DNA of 64,000 nt from Phycisphaerales bacterium (GCA_003171335.1 PMYD01000025.1:2682-66681); one strand, 5' to 3'; counted from the first letter of the stretch, positions 30,847 to 40,927 are shown. Numbers and translations: made by a program. The notes: generated by a model from the sequence alone, not told the origin.

Positions 30847-33648
30847 ATGCGTGGTGCCTGGGATGAGCAGTCAACCGCTGGGATTGCAGCCCATCTTGCT
30901 TTAACGCTCGCCACAGAACCGGAGCGTAAACTGCCCCTGAAGCCCAAAGACAACTTGTCCAATGTGCTGGCGCGATACGTCATGGCTGTCGTCGCCGTCG
31001 GGGTAGCCTATGGGGTGCGCCTGGCGATCGAGGCCCTCGCCGGGCGGGGCCTGCCAACGTACATTACCTTCTACCCGGCCGTGATGCTCGTGGCGCTGCT
31101 GTGGGGCTTTGGCCCCGGCTTTTTGTCGACCTTCCTGTCGGCGCTGCTGGCGGCGTTCTGGCTTCTGGAACCGCGCGGCAGTTTTGCCGTCGCCATCCCA
31201 ATTGACGCCGTGGGGTTGGCCTTCTTTTCGGGCATGGGCATCTTCATGAGCGTGGTGGCCGGTCTGTACCGGCGCACGCGCGACCGGCTGCAGGATCTGG
31301 TGGCCCAGCGCACAAGCGAGCTGGCCCGCGCCAACGAATGGCTGCGGGTCACGTTGACCAGTATCGGCGATGCCGTGCTGGCGGCGGATAACCAGGCCAA
31401 GATCAGCTTCCTCAACCCGGTGGCCCAGAAGCTGACCGGCTGGGAAGAGGGCGAGGCGCTGGGCCGGCCGATCCAGGATGTGTTTCGCATCGTCGATGAG
31501 CGGACGCACCAGAGCGGCGAGGACATCGCCGGCCGTGTGCTGCGCGAGGGCAAGGTGGTGGTCCTGGCCAATCACACGGCGCTGGTGACCCGCCAGGGGC
31601 GCGAAATTCCCATCGAGGACAGCGCCGCCCCCATTACGGATGCCGCCGGCAAGGTGACCGGCGTGGTGCTGGTGTTTCACGATGTCACGGAGAAGCGCCG
31701 CGCCCAGCAGGCGCTGGCCCAGGGCGAGCAGCGGGTCCGCGCCAAGCTGGAGAGTATCCTGTCCCCCGAAGGCGACATCGAGACGCTGGACCTGGCCGAT
31801 TTGATCGACGCGCCGGCCATGCAGTCGATGCTGGAAGATTTCTACCGCCTGGCGCGGATTCCCGTGAGCATCATGGACCTGAAAGGCAGGATGCTGGCGG
31901 GCGTGGGCTGGCAGGAGATCTGCACGAATTTCCACCGGGCCAACCCGCAGACCTGCCGGCATTGCCTGGAAAGCGACACGGTGCTGACCCAGGGCGTCGA
32001 GCCGGGTCAGTTCAAGCTCTATAAGTGCAAGAACCGCATGTGGGATGTCGTCACGCCCATCATGCTGCGCGACCGGCACGTGGGCAACCTGTTCTCGGGC
32101 CAGTTCTTCTTCGACGATGAACAGGTGGACCGGGAAGAATTCCTGGCCCAGGCGCGCCAGTTCGGGTTCGACGAAAAGCCGTATCTCGAGGCCCTGGACC
32201 GCGTGCCGCGCTTAAGCCGCGAGGCGATCAATACCGGCATGGCCTTTTTCATGAAGCTGGCGCACACCCTGTCGCAGACGAGCTTCAGCAATCTCAAGCT
32301 GGCCCGTCTGCTGGCCGAGCGCGAGGCGCTGATGACATCGCTGCAAGAGAGCCAGGCCGAATTGCTGCGGCTCAACCAGACGCTGCGGGCGATGAGCAAT
32401 TCCAGCCAGGCCATCGTTCGCGCGCTCGATGAGCTGCAGTATCTCCAGGAGGTCTGCCGCATCATTGCCGAGGATTGCGGCTACAGCATGGTCTGGATCG
32501 GCTACGCCCAGGAGGATGAGGGGAAAAGCATCGTGCCGGTAGCCCATGCCGGCTTTGAAGAGGGCTACCTCGAGACCCTCCAGCCCACCTGGGCCGACAC
32601 GCCGCGCGGGCACGGGCCCACCGGCACGGCCATCCGCACCGGCCAGGTGGCCATGTGCCGAAACATGCTGACCGATGAGCGGTTTGCCCCGTGGCGCGAG
32701 CAGGCGATCAAACGCGGCTATGCCTCTTCCATCGTGCTGCCGCTGCGAAGCGAGGGGCGGGTTTTCGGCGCGCTGACCATCTATTCTCCACGGAGCGACC
32801 CGTTCTCGCCGGCGGAGGTCAGCTTGCTGACGAGCCTGGCCGACGACCTGGCGTATGGCATTACCGTGCTGCGCCTGCGCGAGGCCCACGGCAAGGCCGA
32901 GGACTCGCTGCGGCAAAGCGAGGCGGTGCTGCGCCGAACCGTCGAGGAACTCAGCCGCTCCAACAACGAACTGGAGCAATTCGCATATATCACCAGCCAC
33001 GACCTGCAGGAGCCGCTGCGGCAGGTGAGCGGGTTCGTGCAGTTGCTCAAGAGCCGCTACGGCGAGAATCTTGATGAGCAGGCCAGCCAGTTCATGCGTT
33101 TCATCGTGGATGGCGCCGCGCGCATGAGCACGCTCATCAAGGACCTGCTGTCGTTCTCGCGCGTCGGCGCGCGCGATGTCCGCCGGCAGAAGGTGCAGTG
33201 CCAGCACGCCCTGGAAGGGGCGCTGGCCAATCTGCGTTCCACGATCGAGGAGGCAGGAGCTCAGCTTACCCACGACGAACTGCCCGCGGTGGTGGCCGAC
33301 CCCACGCGGCTGACGCAGCTTTTTCAGAACCTCCTGAGCAACGCCATCAAGTTCCGGCGTGACGGCGTCACGCCGCAGATTCATGTTGGCTGCCGGGGCG
33401 AAGGCCGACAGTGGGTTTTCTGCGTGCGCGACAACGGCATCGGCATTGACGTGCAGTATCACCAGAAGGTGTTCCTGATCTTTCAGCGCCTGCACAGCCG
33501 CGATAAGTATCCCGGCACGGGCATCGGCCTGGCGATCTGCAAGAAGATCGTCGAGCAGCATGGCGGTCGGATCTGGATCGAGCCGACGCCGCCGCCGGGC
33601 ACGACGTTTTGCTTCACGCTGCCGCGGGAGCAGCCGGCCGAGGCCTAG
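30847..33648 (+). CDS. multi-domain sensor histidine kinase (polytopic N-terminal membrane domain, PAS-type and Cys-rich sensor domains, GAF, HisKA, HATPase)
   Basis: Membrane segment ..VAVGVAYGVRLAIEALAG...LLAAFWLLEP... PAS-like ..ISFLNPVAQKLTGWEEGEALGRPIQDVF... Cys-rich sensor ..CTNFHRANPQTCRHCLES..YKCKNRMWDV... GAF ..YSMVWIGYAQ... HisKA ..FAYITSHDLQEPLRQVSGF... HATPase ..RDNGIGID.., ..GTGIGLAICKK... Confidence 0.75.
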   Translation: MRGAWDEQSTAGIAAHLALTLATEPERKLPLKPKDNLSNVLARYVMAVVAVGVAYGVRLAIEALAGRGLPTYITFYPAVMLVALLWGFGPGFLSTFLSALLAAFWLLEPRGSFAVAIPIDAVGLAFFSGMGIFMSVVAGLYRRTRDRLQDLVAQRTSELARANEWLRVTLTSIGDAVLAADNQAKISFLNPVAQKLTGWEEGEALGRPIQDVFRIVDERTHQSGEDIAGRVLREGKVVVLANHTALVTRQGREIPIEDSAAPITDAAGKVTGVVLVFHDVTEKRRAQQALAQGEQRVRAKLESILSPEGDIETLDLADLIDAPAMQSMLEDFYRLARIPVSIMDLKGRMLAGVGWQEICTNFHRANPQTCRHCLESDTVLTQGVEPGQFKLYKCKNRMWDVVTPIMLRDRHVGNLFSGQFFFDDEQVDREEFLAQARQFGFDEKPYLEALDRVPRLSREAINTGMAFFMKLAHTLSQTSFSNLKLARLLAEREALMTSLQESQAELLRLNQTLRAMSNSSQAIVRALDELQYLQEVCRIIAEDCGYSMVWIGYAQEDEGKSIVPVAHAGFEEGYLETLQPTWADTPRGHGPTGTAIRTGQVAMCRNMLTDERFAPWREQAIKRGYASSIVLPLRSEGRVFGALTIYSPRSDPFSPAEVSLLTSLADDLAYGITVLRLREAHGKAEDSLRQSEAVLRRTVEELSRSNNELEQFAYITSHDLQEPLRQVSGFVQLLKSRYGENLDEQASQFMRFIVDGAARMSTLIKDLLSFSRVGARDVRRQKVQCQHALEGALANLRSTIEEAGAQLTHDELPAVVADPTRLTQLFQNLLSNAIKFRRDGVTPQIHVGCRGEGRQWVFCVRDNGIGIDVQYHQKVFLIFQRLHSRDKYPGTGIGLAICKKIVEQHGGRIWIEPTPPPGTTFCFTLPREQPAEA

Positions 33649-33797
33649 GCGGGGAGTTTCGCGGCGCGCTGGAGGCGGGTAGAATGACGGGTTGACGCAA
33701 CGACCGGGCTTTGCCGGCCGGAGGCTCGCTGGTGAAGGCGTGTGGTTGTTTCAGGATTTGCCGGGCCGTCGCGGCGGCCCGAAGTCAGGGAGGTTGA

Positions 33798-34211
33798 ATG
33801 AGCCCTATGGCCATGTTGCTGGTGGAGGATAACCTGGCGGATGTGGTCTTCTTCCGTGAAGCGGCGCACGCGGCCCGCCTGGATGCCAAGGTCGAGGTGG
33901 TCTCCAACGGCGAGGACGCCATGCGTTTTCTCCGCCGCCAGGGGCCGTATGCCCAGTCGGACCGTCCGGACATCCTTGTGCTCGATCTGAATCTGCCCAT
34001 GCGAAACGGCCGGGAAGTGCTGGTGGAGATGGCGGCCGATCCGGACTTGCGGGAAATTCCCGTGGCGGTGTTGACCACGTCCATTTCGGAGACACACGTC
34101 GTCTCGGCGTACACGCCGGGTTTGTGCACGTACTTTGTGAAGACCGATGAATTCAAGCGTCTGCAGGACATCGTCCGGCAGATCGCGGCGCACGCGGCGG
34201 CGCATGCGTAG
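33798..34211 (+). CDS. single-domain CheY-like response regulator
   Basis: MSPMAMLLVEDNLADVV.. with GGGAGG SD. REC hallmarks ..ILVLDLNLPMRNG.. and ..VLTTS... Confidence 0.75.
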   Translation: MSPMAMLLVEDNLADVVFFREAAHAARLDAKVEVVSNGEDAMRFLRRQGPYAQSDRPDILVLDLNLPMRNGREVLVEMAADPDLREIPVAVLTTSISETHVVSAYTPGLCTYFVKTDEFKRLQDIVRQIAAHAAAHA

Positions 34212-35453
34212 GTGAGTTCACACCCTTGCGAGGGCGGCCCTTGCCGCAGGCAAATCGTGCGGAAGATTTTGTTGATCGAAGACAACCAGGCCGACGCGGT
34301 GCTGCTGGCGGAAGTTCTCAAGGGCGCCGGCGGCGCCTTTGAGCTGTCCATGCGGCAGCGGCTGGCCGACGGCGTGGAGCTGGCTCAGCGCGAGTCCTTC
34401 GACCTGGTGCTCCTGGACCTGACCCTGCCGGACAGCAGCGGGCTGGGCACGGTGCGCCAGGCGGTCGGCGCGCTGCCGCATTTGCCGGTGGTGGTGCTGA
34501 CGGGCGTGGAAGATGAGCAGATCGGCCTGGACGCCCTGCGGGCCGGCGCCCAGGACTACCTGGTGAAAGGGTGCATGTCCGCCGACACCATCGCCCGCTC
34601 GGCGCGATACGCGATCGAGCGGCACCGGGTCTTGACCGATCTGCGCGAGGCCCGCGATCACCTGGAAGAGAAGGTTCTGGATCGCACGGCCGAGCTGGGC
34701 CGGACGGTCGAGATGCTGGCCGAGGAAGTGCGCCTGCGCCTGGCGGCCGAGGAAGAGCGCCGCGCCGCCCAGATGGAGGTGCTGCTGGCCACGGAGCGCG
34801 AGCAGCGGCGCATCGGCCGCGACCTGCACGACAGCATCCAGGGCACGCTGGCGGGCATTGATTTGATCCTTGTCGCGCAGGAAAAGGCGCTGGTCTCCGG
34901 CCGCAGCCAGCCGGTCGAGGTCGGCCGGCGGCTGGCGGAGATCTCGGCGCAGGTGCGCCAGGCCAACCGGCAGACCCGGGGCTTGGCGCGAGGCCTGTGC
35001 CCGCTGGAGCTGGCGGGCCGCGGACTGGCCGAGGCGCTTGAATTGGGGACACAGACCGTCAACTCCCTTTACGGGGTGCACTGCAGCTTCCGTGCGGCCG
35101 GCGATGTGGCGCTGGAGGATGAGCTGGTCGCCAGCCAGGTGTATTACACCGTGCAGGAGGCCTTGACCAACGCGATTAAACACGCGCGGTGCAAGAAGAT
35201 TGAGATCAGCCTGGAGCGCAAGGGCGATGTGCTGGTGGCCAGCGTCCAGGATGACGGCATCGGCCTGCCCGCCAGCGCGAAGGAAAAGGGCGGCCTGGGT
35301 CTCAAGACGATGAGCTACCGCGCCATGCTCATCGGCGCCGCCGTCAGCCTGGAGCCATGCCAGGGCCATGGCACACGAATGGTGATGACGCTGCCGCTGG
35401 TCGCGCCAAGAGCCGCGAAATCGGGTGGGGCTGCGCTGAAACCGGCCGTCTGA
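34212..35453 (+). CDS. hybrid REC + HisKA_3-type (NarX/DesK-like) histidine kinase
   Basis: The track's start is GTG overlapping the previous stop; an internal GTG (..IVRKILLIEDNQ..) is also possible. REC: ..LVLLDLTLPDSSG... H-box ..RIGRDLHDSIQGTLAGI.. (HisKA_3). HATPase ..QEALTNAIKHA.., ..DDGIGLP.., ..GLGLKTM... Confidence 0.7.
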   Translation: MSSHPCEGGPCRRQIVRKILLIEDNQADAVLLAEVLKGAGGAFELSMRQRLADGVELAQRESFDLVLLDLTLPDSSGLGTVRQAVGALPHLPVVVLTGVEDEQIGLDALRAGAQDYLVKGCMSADTIARSARYAIERHRVLTDLREARDHLEEKVLDRTAELGRTVEMLAEEVRLRLAAEEERRAAQMEVLLATEREQRRIGRDLHDSIQGTLAGIDLILVAQEKALVSGRSQPVEVGRRLAEISAQVRQANRQTRGLARGLCPLELAGRGLAEALELGTQTVNSLYGVHCSFRAAGDVALEDELVASQVYYTVQEALTNAIKHARCKKIEISLERKGDVLVASVQDDGIGLPASAKEKGGLGLKTMSYRAMLIGAAVSLEPCQGHGTRMVMTLPLVAPRAAKSGGAALKPAV

Positions 35454-35460
35454 GTCGTTC

Positions 35461-36072
35461 CTACATCGTCCGCAACACGCCGATCACCACGCCCTGGATC
35501 TGGCAGTCTTTCACCAGAATCGGCTCAAAGGCCGGGTTAGCGGGCTGAAGGCGAATGCCGTCCTTCTCGCGATAGAATCTCTTGAGGGTCGCCTCGCCAT
35601 CGGGCAAGAGAGCCACGACGGTTTCTCCGTTGCGGGCGGTGTTGCGGCGCTCGCAGACCACGTAATCGCCATCGCAGATGTGGTCCTCAATCATGCTGTT
35701 GCCGGTCACCTGGAGCAGGAACGTGGAGGAACCGACACGAGAGAAAACCTGCTCCAGGTCGACATCCTGCTGGTCCTCGACGGCCTCGATGGGCATGCCG
35801 GCGGCAATGCGCCCGGCCAGCGGAATGCGCGTCGGACGCAAGTCAGGAAACTGCGCTTTGGGCGAGACCTGCAAAGAGCGGGCGCTGTGCTTGGCGCCGC
35901 GCAGCAGCAGTCCTTTTCTTTCGAGCACGCCGACGTGCTCGAAGACCGTCACCTTGGTCAGACCCAGCGCATCGCCGATCTCCTGCAAGGTCGGGGAAAA
36001 GCCATTCTTGCCGCGAAAATCGCGGATGTAGGTCAGAATCTGCATCTGTCGCGGTGTGATCGTTGCGGCCAT
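35461..36072 (-). CDS. lexA: LexA repressor
   Basis: Verified ATG (complement of 36070-36072): MAATITPRQMQILTYIRDF.. (wHTH). Ala-Gly cleavage site ..RIAAGMPIEA... S24 catalytic Ser in ..VTGNSMIED.. and Lys in ..ATLKRF... Confidence 0.85.
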   Translation of the reverse strand: MAATITPRQMQILTYIRDFRGKNGFSPTLQEIGDALGLTKVTVFEHVGVLERKGLLLRGAKHSARSLQVSPKAQFPDLRPTRIPLAGRIAAGMPIEAVEDQQDVDLEQVFSRVGSSTFLLQVTGNSMIEDHICDGDYVVCERRNTARNGETVVALLPDGEATLKRFYREKDGIRLQPANPAFEPILVKDCQIQGVVIGVLRTM

Positions 36073-36890
36073 GGTTTGGCTCCTCGCCATAAGCGTTCTG
36101 GGTGAACCGATATCCTCGCGGCGCCGCATCCTGCGCGCCGGCGGTCACATTCAATCTCGTGCTGGCGGCCGGCATGGCCGGGCCAGCGGCCTGCTGGACA
36201 CGATAAACATCGCGCGCCGCACATGCCTCGGCATGCGCCGGTGCTACAACATCTCGACCCGCCGGCCGGCGGCGCTGCGTCGGCGTCAGCGGCTGGGCCG
36301 TCATTTCTCGCCGTTCCCGCGCGCGTTTGCGGCCCGCGCCGTACCCGCCGGCCCGCTTAGCGCCTAAAATCGCCTCGTGCAGCGGACTTGGGCCCACATG
36401 CACCAGCGGAATGGCCGCTCTGGAGCGGGACAGGGCTTCGACCAGTTCGTTTGCTTCGTTGGCTGCCGTGCCGTTGGCCGTAACGACAGCCTGCTGAGAG
36501 CGGAGGTCAGGCTCAACGCCGTCCGAGCCGGCTGCGCTTCTGGCAGTCACCTTCGGCCACGCCCGGGCATACATTCCGCCGGGCCCAACCACGAGCACAG
36601 GCGTCGATTCACTTGCCGTCTTCCAGCCCGCAAGTTTTATGTCTGTTAGCATATGTTAACCTAACATCGGCCGAACGTCAACAAACTCTTCAAAAAAATG
36701 TTTGGGTCGAGCCAAACTCTTTTTTTGGCCCCGTATGCGGCCGAGTCTGCACACGCGGCAGCACTATATCTTGGCTCATCATCGCCGAGGACCACAACAG
36801 GCCGTGGTTGATATCGGCGGTCGTAGCGGCGGCGGACGTAGGGTAATATCCCAACAGCCGCCTAACACATGGTATCGTAAAGAGTTGCTT

Positions 36891-38549
36891 CTATTGAGGC
36901 GGGCGGTCTGCCACGACATCCGTGAGCAGATAGCGGGGTTTGTACTGTTCCAGGCGCGGTCCGCGTCGAGCCAGGAATTCCTGCTCGGCCCGCGCAAAGA
37001 GGTCGCTGGGGGCCGAGCTGATGCGCAGCGGCCCCAGCCGGCCGGAAAAACGCTTGGCGGCGTACTCGACGTTTAACTTCTGCAGCGCCGAATCGACGGC
37101 CGCCGCCAGTTGCTCCAGGCGATCGCTCTGGAGCTGCACGGACAGGTGGTAATAGGGCAATTCGGCGAAGTGTCCTTGGGCGATGAAGTTCTGGATGGGC
37201 AGCCCGAGACTGGCGGCGGCGTGGGCGACAGCCTCGACGATCTGGTTCTCCGTCAGCTTTTCGCCGGTGATGCTGGCGGTATGGGCGCCTTTGGAGAGGA
37301 ACTCGATGAGGGGCGTTTCGCCCATCCAGCCGGTAACGCGGATGCGGTCCTGGATGTGGTATCGCCACAGGCCGGAAAAATTGGTGACCACGAGGAAATA
37401 CTCGCGCCCGGCCTCCAGCTCGTGAATGGGCAGGGCCATCGGCTCTTTGGCGGGCTCATGCTCGGCCGGGATGAACTCGAAAAGCGAGCTGGTGACCTCG
37501 GCCACGCCGGCCGCGGTGCCATCGACAAAAGGCACGCTGAATCGGCCCTCGCTGGCCAAGAGACCCACATCGCGGATGGGCACCCCGCCGGTGAGCTGGC
37601 GGACCTGCGGCAGGTACAGCCCCAGCGTGCCGCCGGTCCAGTGCATCAGCGAGGAGAGTCGCCAGAAATGGCCCGCGCGCAGGCGCCCATCGCGCGCCAG
37701 CCCCTGCTCAATGCGCTTGACCAGTTGGGCGTGGCGGCGAAGCGGCAGGCTTTTCACCAGCGCCGCCGGCACATCGCCGGGCGGGGTAAGCGTGCCATCG
37801 CGCAGATCGCGCAGCAGCCCCTCGATGTGGTGCTCGGCCGTCATCAGCAGCTTGATGATGGTAGAGGGGTTGGCCGTGGAGATGAGCGCCACATCGCGCG
37901 GCATGGCCAGGCGCATGAGCGTGTAGTACTTGGCCTGCGGGTCGGCGATGTTCGTGACGGCCGGCGGGGCGACGTACATGCGGCGGACGATCCGCTTTTG
38001 CACCTGGCCCAGCATGCCGGAAATCGCCCCGCAGGGGATGCCCGTGGGGCTGTAGCTTTCGACCGCCGGGCTGGAGACCTGGAGGATCGGCCGCAGCCAG
38101 GCGTCGGGGTGGTCGCAGAGCAGCTTGTAGCCGAAGACGTTCCAGCCGCGCCGGTAATCTTCCAGCGACTGGCGGGTGATGGGAATGCACTTGGGCTGGC
38201 CGGTCGTGCCGCTGGTGATGGCGAACATGAGGATGGCAGTCCCGCGCGGGAACATGGCCTCCGCATCGCCCTCGTACACGGCCTGGAGATACGGCCGCAA
38301 CTGCTCATAATCGCGGATGGGGACGGCGGCGCGAAAATCGTCGTAGCTGCGCACGGCCGCCAGGCCGTGGTCGCGGCCGAAGCGCGTGTGGGCGTGAGTC
38401 TCCACCAGCCGCCGCAGCAATCGCTCCTGCGTGGCTCGGCCATCGGTGGCGGCGTGGGTGAAATAGTTGTACTGCCCGGCCGCGTGCACGGCGGCCAGGC
38501 GGGCGGCGGGTCTCAGCAACCAACGCGTGATGCCCACGGTCAGATCCAA
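36891..38549 (-). CDS. GH3-family (acyl-acid amido synthetase / adenylating) protein
   Basis: GH3-type N-terminal region ..VPIRDYEQLRPYLQAVYEG.. and ..TSGTTGQPKCIPIT... ~550 aa. The track's start is TTG; a GTG four codons in is equally possible. Confidence 0.7.
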   Translation of the reverse strand: MDLTVGITRWLLRPAARLAAVHAAGQYNYFTHAATDGRATQERLLRRLVETHAHTRFGRDHGLAAVRSYDDFRAAVPIRDYEQLRPYLQAVYEGDAEAMFPRGTAILMFAITSGTTGQPKCIPITRQSLEDYRRGWNVFGYKLLCDHPDAWLRPILQVSSPAVESYSPTGIPCGAISGMLGQVQKRIVRRMYVAPPAVTNIADPQAKYYTLMRLAMPRDVALISTANPSTIIKLLMTAEHHIEGLLRDLRDGTLTPPGDVPAALVKSLPLRRHAQLVKRIEQGLARDGRLRAGHFWRLSSLMHWTGGTLGLYLPQVRQLTGGVPIRDVGLLASEGRFSVPFVDGTAAGVAEVTSSLFEFIPAEHEPAKEPMALPIHELEAGREYFLVVTNFSGLWRYHIQDRIRVTGWMGETPLIEFLSKGAHTASITGEKLTENQIVEAVAHAAASLGLPIQNFIAQGHFAELPYYHLSVQLQSDRLEQLAAAVDSALQKLNVEYAAKRFSGRLGPLRISSAPSDLFARAEQEFLARRGPRLEQYKPRYLLTDVVADRPPQ

Positions 38550-38675
38550 AAAAAAAGGATTCAGAAAGGCGAACGTGAAACTTCAAACCAATTCAAATTA
38601 CCAAACGGCGGGCCAAAAGGCGTGCCTTGGCGATGTGTGTTCATTCGGATTTTGAATTCCAGATCTCTAAAAAAG

Positions 38676-38795
38676 TGGCATGGGCGTCTCGCCCATGAGT
38701 CCCACGGGCGTCTCGCCCGTGGCGAAATGGAGAAAACTGCCGGAAGCACGGCCAAGATGGCGTGCGACTCACGGGCGGGACGCCCGTGCCACATG
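38676..38795. repeat. second cluster of CACGGGCG-TCTC-GCCCGTG family hairpins
   Basis: CATGGGCGTCTCGCCCATG, CACGGGCGTCTCGCCCGTGG, CACGGGCGGGACGCCCGTGCCAC. Lies between the alpha/beta-hydrolase stop and the GH3 gene start. Confidence 0.85.
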
Positions 38796-38799
38796 TTAT

Positions 38800-39906
38800 T
38801 CAGGTCCCGTTCTGGACCTGTTGCGGATTTTGAGTTGGCACTTTCGAATCCGCCGCTTCGGCCGGCGCCGGCGAGGTCCGTCCTCGAATGTAAACCTCAT
38901 CCACATCGGTTCCGGCCAGGTGCTTCTCGAAAAAGGCCACGGTCCGCTGCGCGTATTCGTCCGGCACGATGACCACCGACTGGTTGTGCTTGGCGCGGGG
39001 GACGATCCAGACGTATTTCGGGGAGGGCGCCTCCTCGTACAGCAGTTGGGTCTGCTGGGCGGGCACGTAGCTGTCCTGGGCGCCGTGGATGAGCATGATC
39101 GGCCGCGGGGCCATCTTGTTCATGGCCAGCCGCACGGAGGGGTAGCGGCAGCCCATCCGCCGCTGCGCCCGGCAGCGCATGAGCCGGTACAGCAGCCGCC
39201 AGAAGCCCTCGGGGTGGTTTTCGTACGCCACGCGGACGCGGGCGAAGATCTTGGCCCAGCGTTTCATCAGGCTGATGCACACCGAATCGGTGCTGAAGGC
39301 CCCATCGGCCAGCACGGCCTCGACGCTGCTGTCGGTGGCGGCGGCCAGGATGGCCGCACAGCCGCCGCGGCTGATGCCAAAGAGGCCGATGCGGGCCGGT
39401 TCGCCGCGCTGGGTGAGTTCCTGGTGCACGTGGGCGATGGCGCCCATCACATCGCCGGTCTCTTTGTCGGAGGCCCACTGCAGCGGGCGGTACTGCGGCG
39501 GGCAGGAACTTTCGCCGTGGCCGCGGAAGTCGAAAGTGAAGATGTCGAAGCCCGCCTGCATCAGCGGTTTGGTGTAGCGGGCGCAGCTATGCATATCCGA
39601 GCCGAACTCGTGGCAGAAGATAATGACGCCCTTGGACTGCCCGCCGCGCACCCACATGCCGCGCAGGCTTGTGCCGTCGAACGCCCGCAGGCGGACTTCC
39701 TGGCCGCTGACCCGCTCAAAATCCAGTGGGCCCATGGACAAGGGCGGGGGCGTATCCGTGAAGATGTTCAGGCTGATGCGGACATACTTGTCGATGACCA
39801 GGCAGCACCAGATGACCAGGCCGGTGCAGGTCAGGGCGATGGTCAGCGCCGCCCAGTTGCTGGCGATGCGCTCGATCCAGGAAAATGACAAAAATAGCCC
39901 GTCCAT
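38800..39906 (-). CDS. alpha/beta-hydrolase-fold protein with N-terminal membrane anchor
   Basis: Verified ATG (complement of 39904-39906): MDGLFLSFSW.. plus a TM segment. Nucleophile elbow ..GLFGISRGGCAA.. (GxSxG). ..FDFRGHGES... Confidence 0.7.
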   Translation of the reverse strand: MDGLFLSFSWIERIASNWAALTIALTCTGLVIWCCLVIDKYVRISLNIFTDTPPPLSMGPLDFERVSGQEVRLRAFDGTSLRGMWVRGGQSKGVIIFCHEFGSDMHSCARYTKPLMQAGFDIFTFDFRGHGESSCPPQYRPLQWASDKETGDVMGAIAHVHQELTQRGEPARIGLFGISRGGCAAILAAATDSSVEAVLADGAFSTDSVCISLMKRWAKIFARVRVAYENHPEGFWRLLYRLMRCRAQRRMGCRYPSVRLAMNKMAPRPIMLIHGAQDSYVPAQQTQLLYEEAPSPKYVWIVPRAKHNQSVVIVPDEYAQRTVAFFEKHLAGTDVDEVYIRGRTSPAPAEAADSKVPTQNPQQVQNGT

Positions 39907-40100
39907 TTTGGTCCCGAATTCGGAGTCCCGAGCCCGGCTTGGCCCCAAGCATAGGCAGACCACGCCTTGATGCAATTGGGAGTGGCTAAGGTAATAACCC
40001 CGAAGGTCAAATGCCAGATTTCAAGTCCCACAACTCCCAATATCCCCATTGTAGCGGCGAGTGGACAAGCGTGCCGGGTGGGGGAGCATGGGGAAAAAGG

Positions 40101-40880
40101 TGCCGGCGCGAATCTTGCGGGAGCCCGCAGGGCGACTGAGGAGTAGCCCCTGGCGCTGGCCCACGCGCAGCGCGGGCCGAGCCTGGGGAGAGAGAGGCCC
40201 ACCAGATCTCCGGAGCCCGCAGGGCGATTGAGCCGCTCATCCCCACATCGTCTCAGGATCAAACGAAATGTGGTGCCGTTTTAAAAACGCCATGAACTCT
40301 TCTTCGTACGTCATCTTGCGGTGATGTTCCGCCTGGCCGGCAATGTACGATTCCACATCCGGTCGAATGGAATCCGCCACCGTGAATGCGGCGTAGCCCT
40401 GTTGCCACTTGAAACGGGATTCGATTTTGAAGGTTCGATTCACCCACCCGGTCGTAAGACTCTTGAGCTTCCCCACCGCCGTCGGAACGCCTATCGGCGG
40501 CCTCAGCGAGAGCAGCGCGTGCAGGTGGTTTTCCGTCCCGCCGAGGGCCAGGGCGCAGCCGAGTTCCTTCTTGGCGATCCCCGCGGCATATTCATACAGG
40601 CGGTGCTGGAGATCCGGCGTGATGAGCGGCCTGCGATCTTTCGTGCTGAAGATGACGTGATAGAGCAGGTGCGTGAACGTGTGACTCATGGAACCTCCCG
40701 TAGAAATTCAAGCGGGAGGTTACCCCGGTCCTTCATGGCGTGTCCATAGAATTGGGGGACTCAATCGCCCTATCGGGCTCTAACCCAATCGGGATACCGG
40801 TTTCCCCAGGCTCGGCCCGCGCTGCGCGTGGGCCAGCGCCAGGGGCTACTCCTCAGTCGCCCTGCGGGCTCACGAAGAAG
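40101..40880 (-). mobile_element. IS200/IS605-family or RAYT-like unit: Y1 (HUH) transposase gene flanked by ~70-bp near-identical inverted repeats containing REP hairpins
   Basis: Left flank 40118-40187 (GAGCCCGCAGGGCGACTGAGGAGTAGCCCCTGGCGCTGGCCCACGCGCAGCGCGGGCCGAGCCTGGGGA) is the reverse complement of the right flank 40794-40866. A second GGAGCCCGCAGGGCGATTGAG copy is at 40205-40228, and a degenerate inverted one near 40755. Confidence 0.7.
40237..40689 (-). CDS. tnpA: IS200/IS605-type Y1 transposase (TnpA / REP-associated tyrosine transposase-like)
   Basis: 150 aa from a verified ATG (complement of 40687-40689): MSHTFTHLLYHVIFSTKDRRPLI... HUH motif in ..ENHLHALLSL... Conserved Tyr region ..KWQQGYAAFTV... 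Confidence 0.75.
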   Translation of the reverse strand: MSHTFTHLLYHVIFSTKDRRPLITPDLQHRLYEYAAGIAKKELGCALALGGTENHLHALLSLRPPIGVPTAVGKLKSLTTGWVNRTFKIESRFKWQQGYAAFTVADSIRPDVESYIAGQAEHHRKMTYEEEFMAFLKRHHISFDPETMWG

Positions 40881-40927
40881 CCCGCCGCGTTCTGACCTAG
40901 TTGCGTTATTCCGGGCGCTGTCGGCGG

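Noticed and set aside
35843-36652. 269-aa minus-strand ORF upstream of lexA as a confident gene
   Set aside because: Its frame runs ~230 nt into lexA without a stop, so I left it out of the feature list. Only its first ~140 residues look protein-like, and I kept it as a finding.
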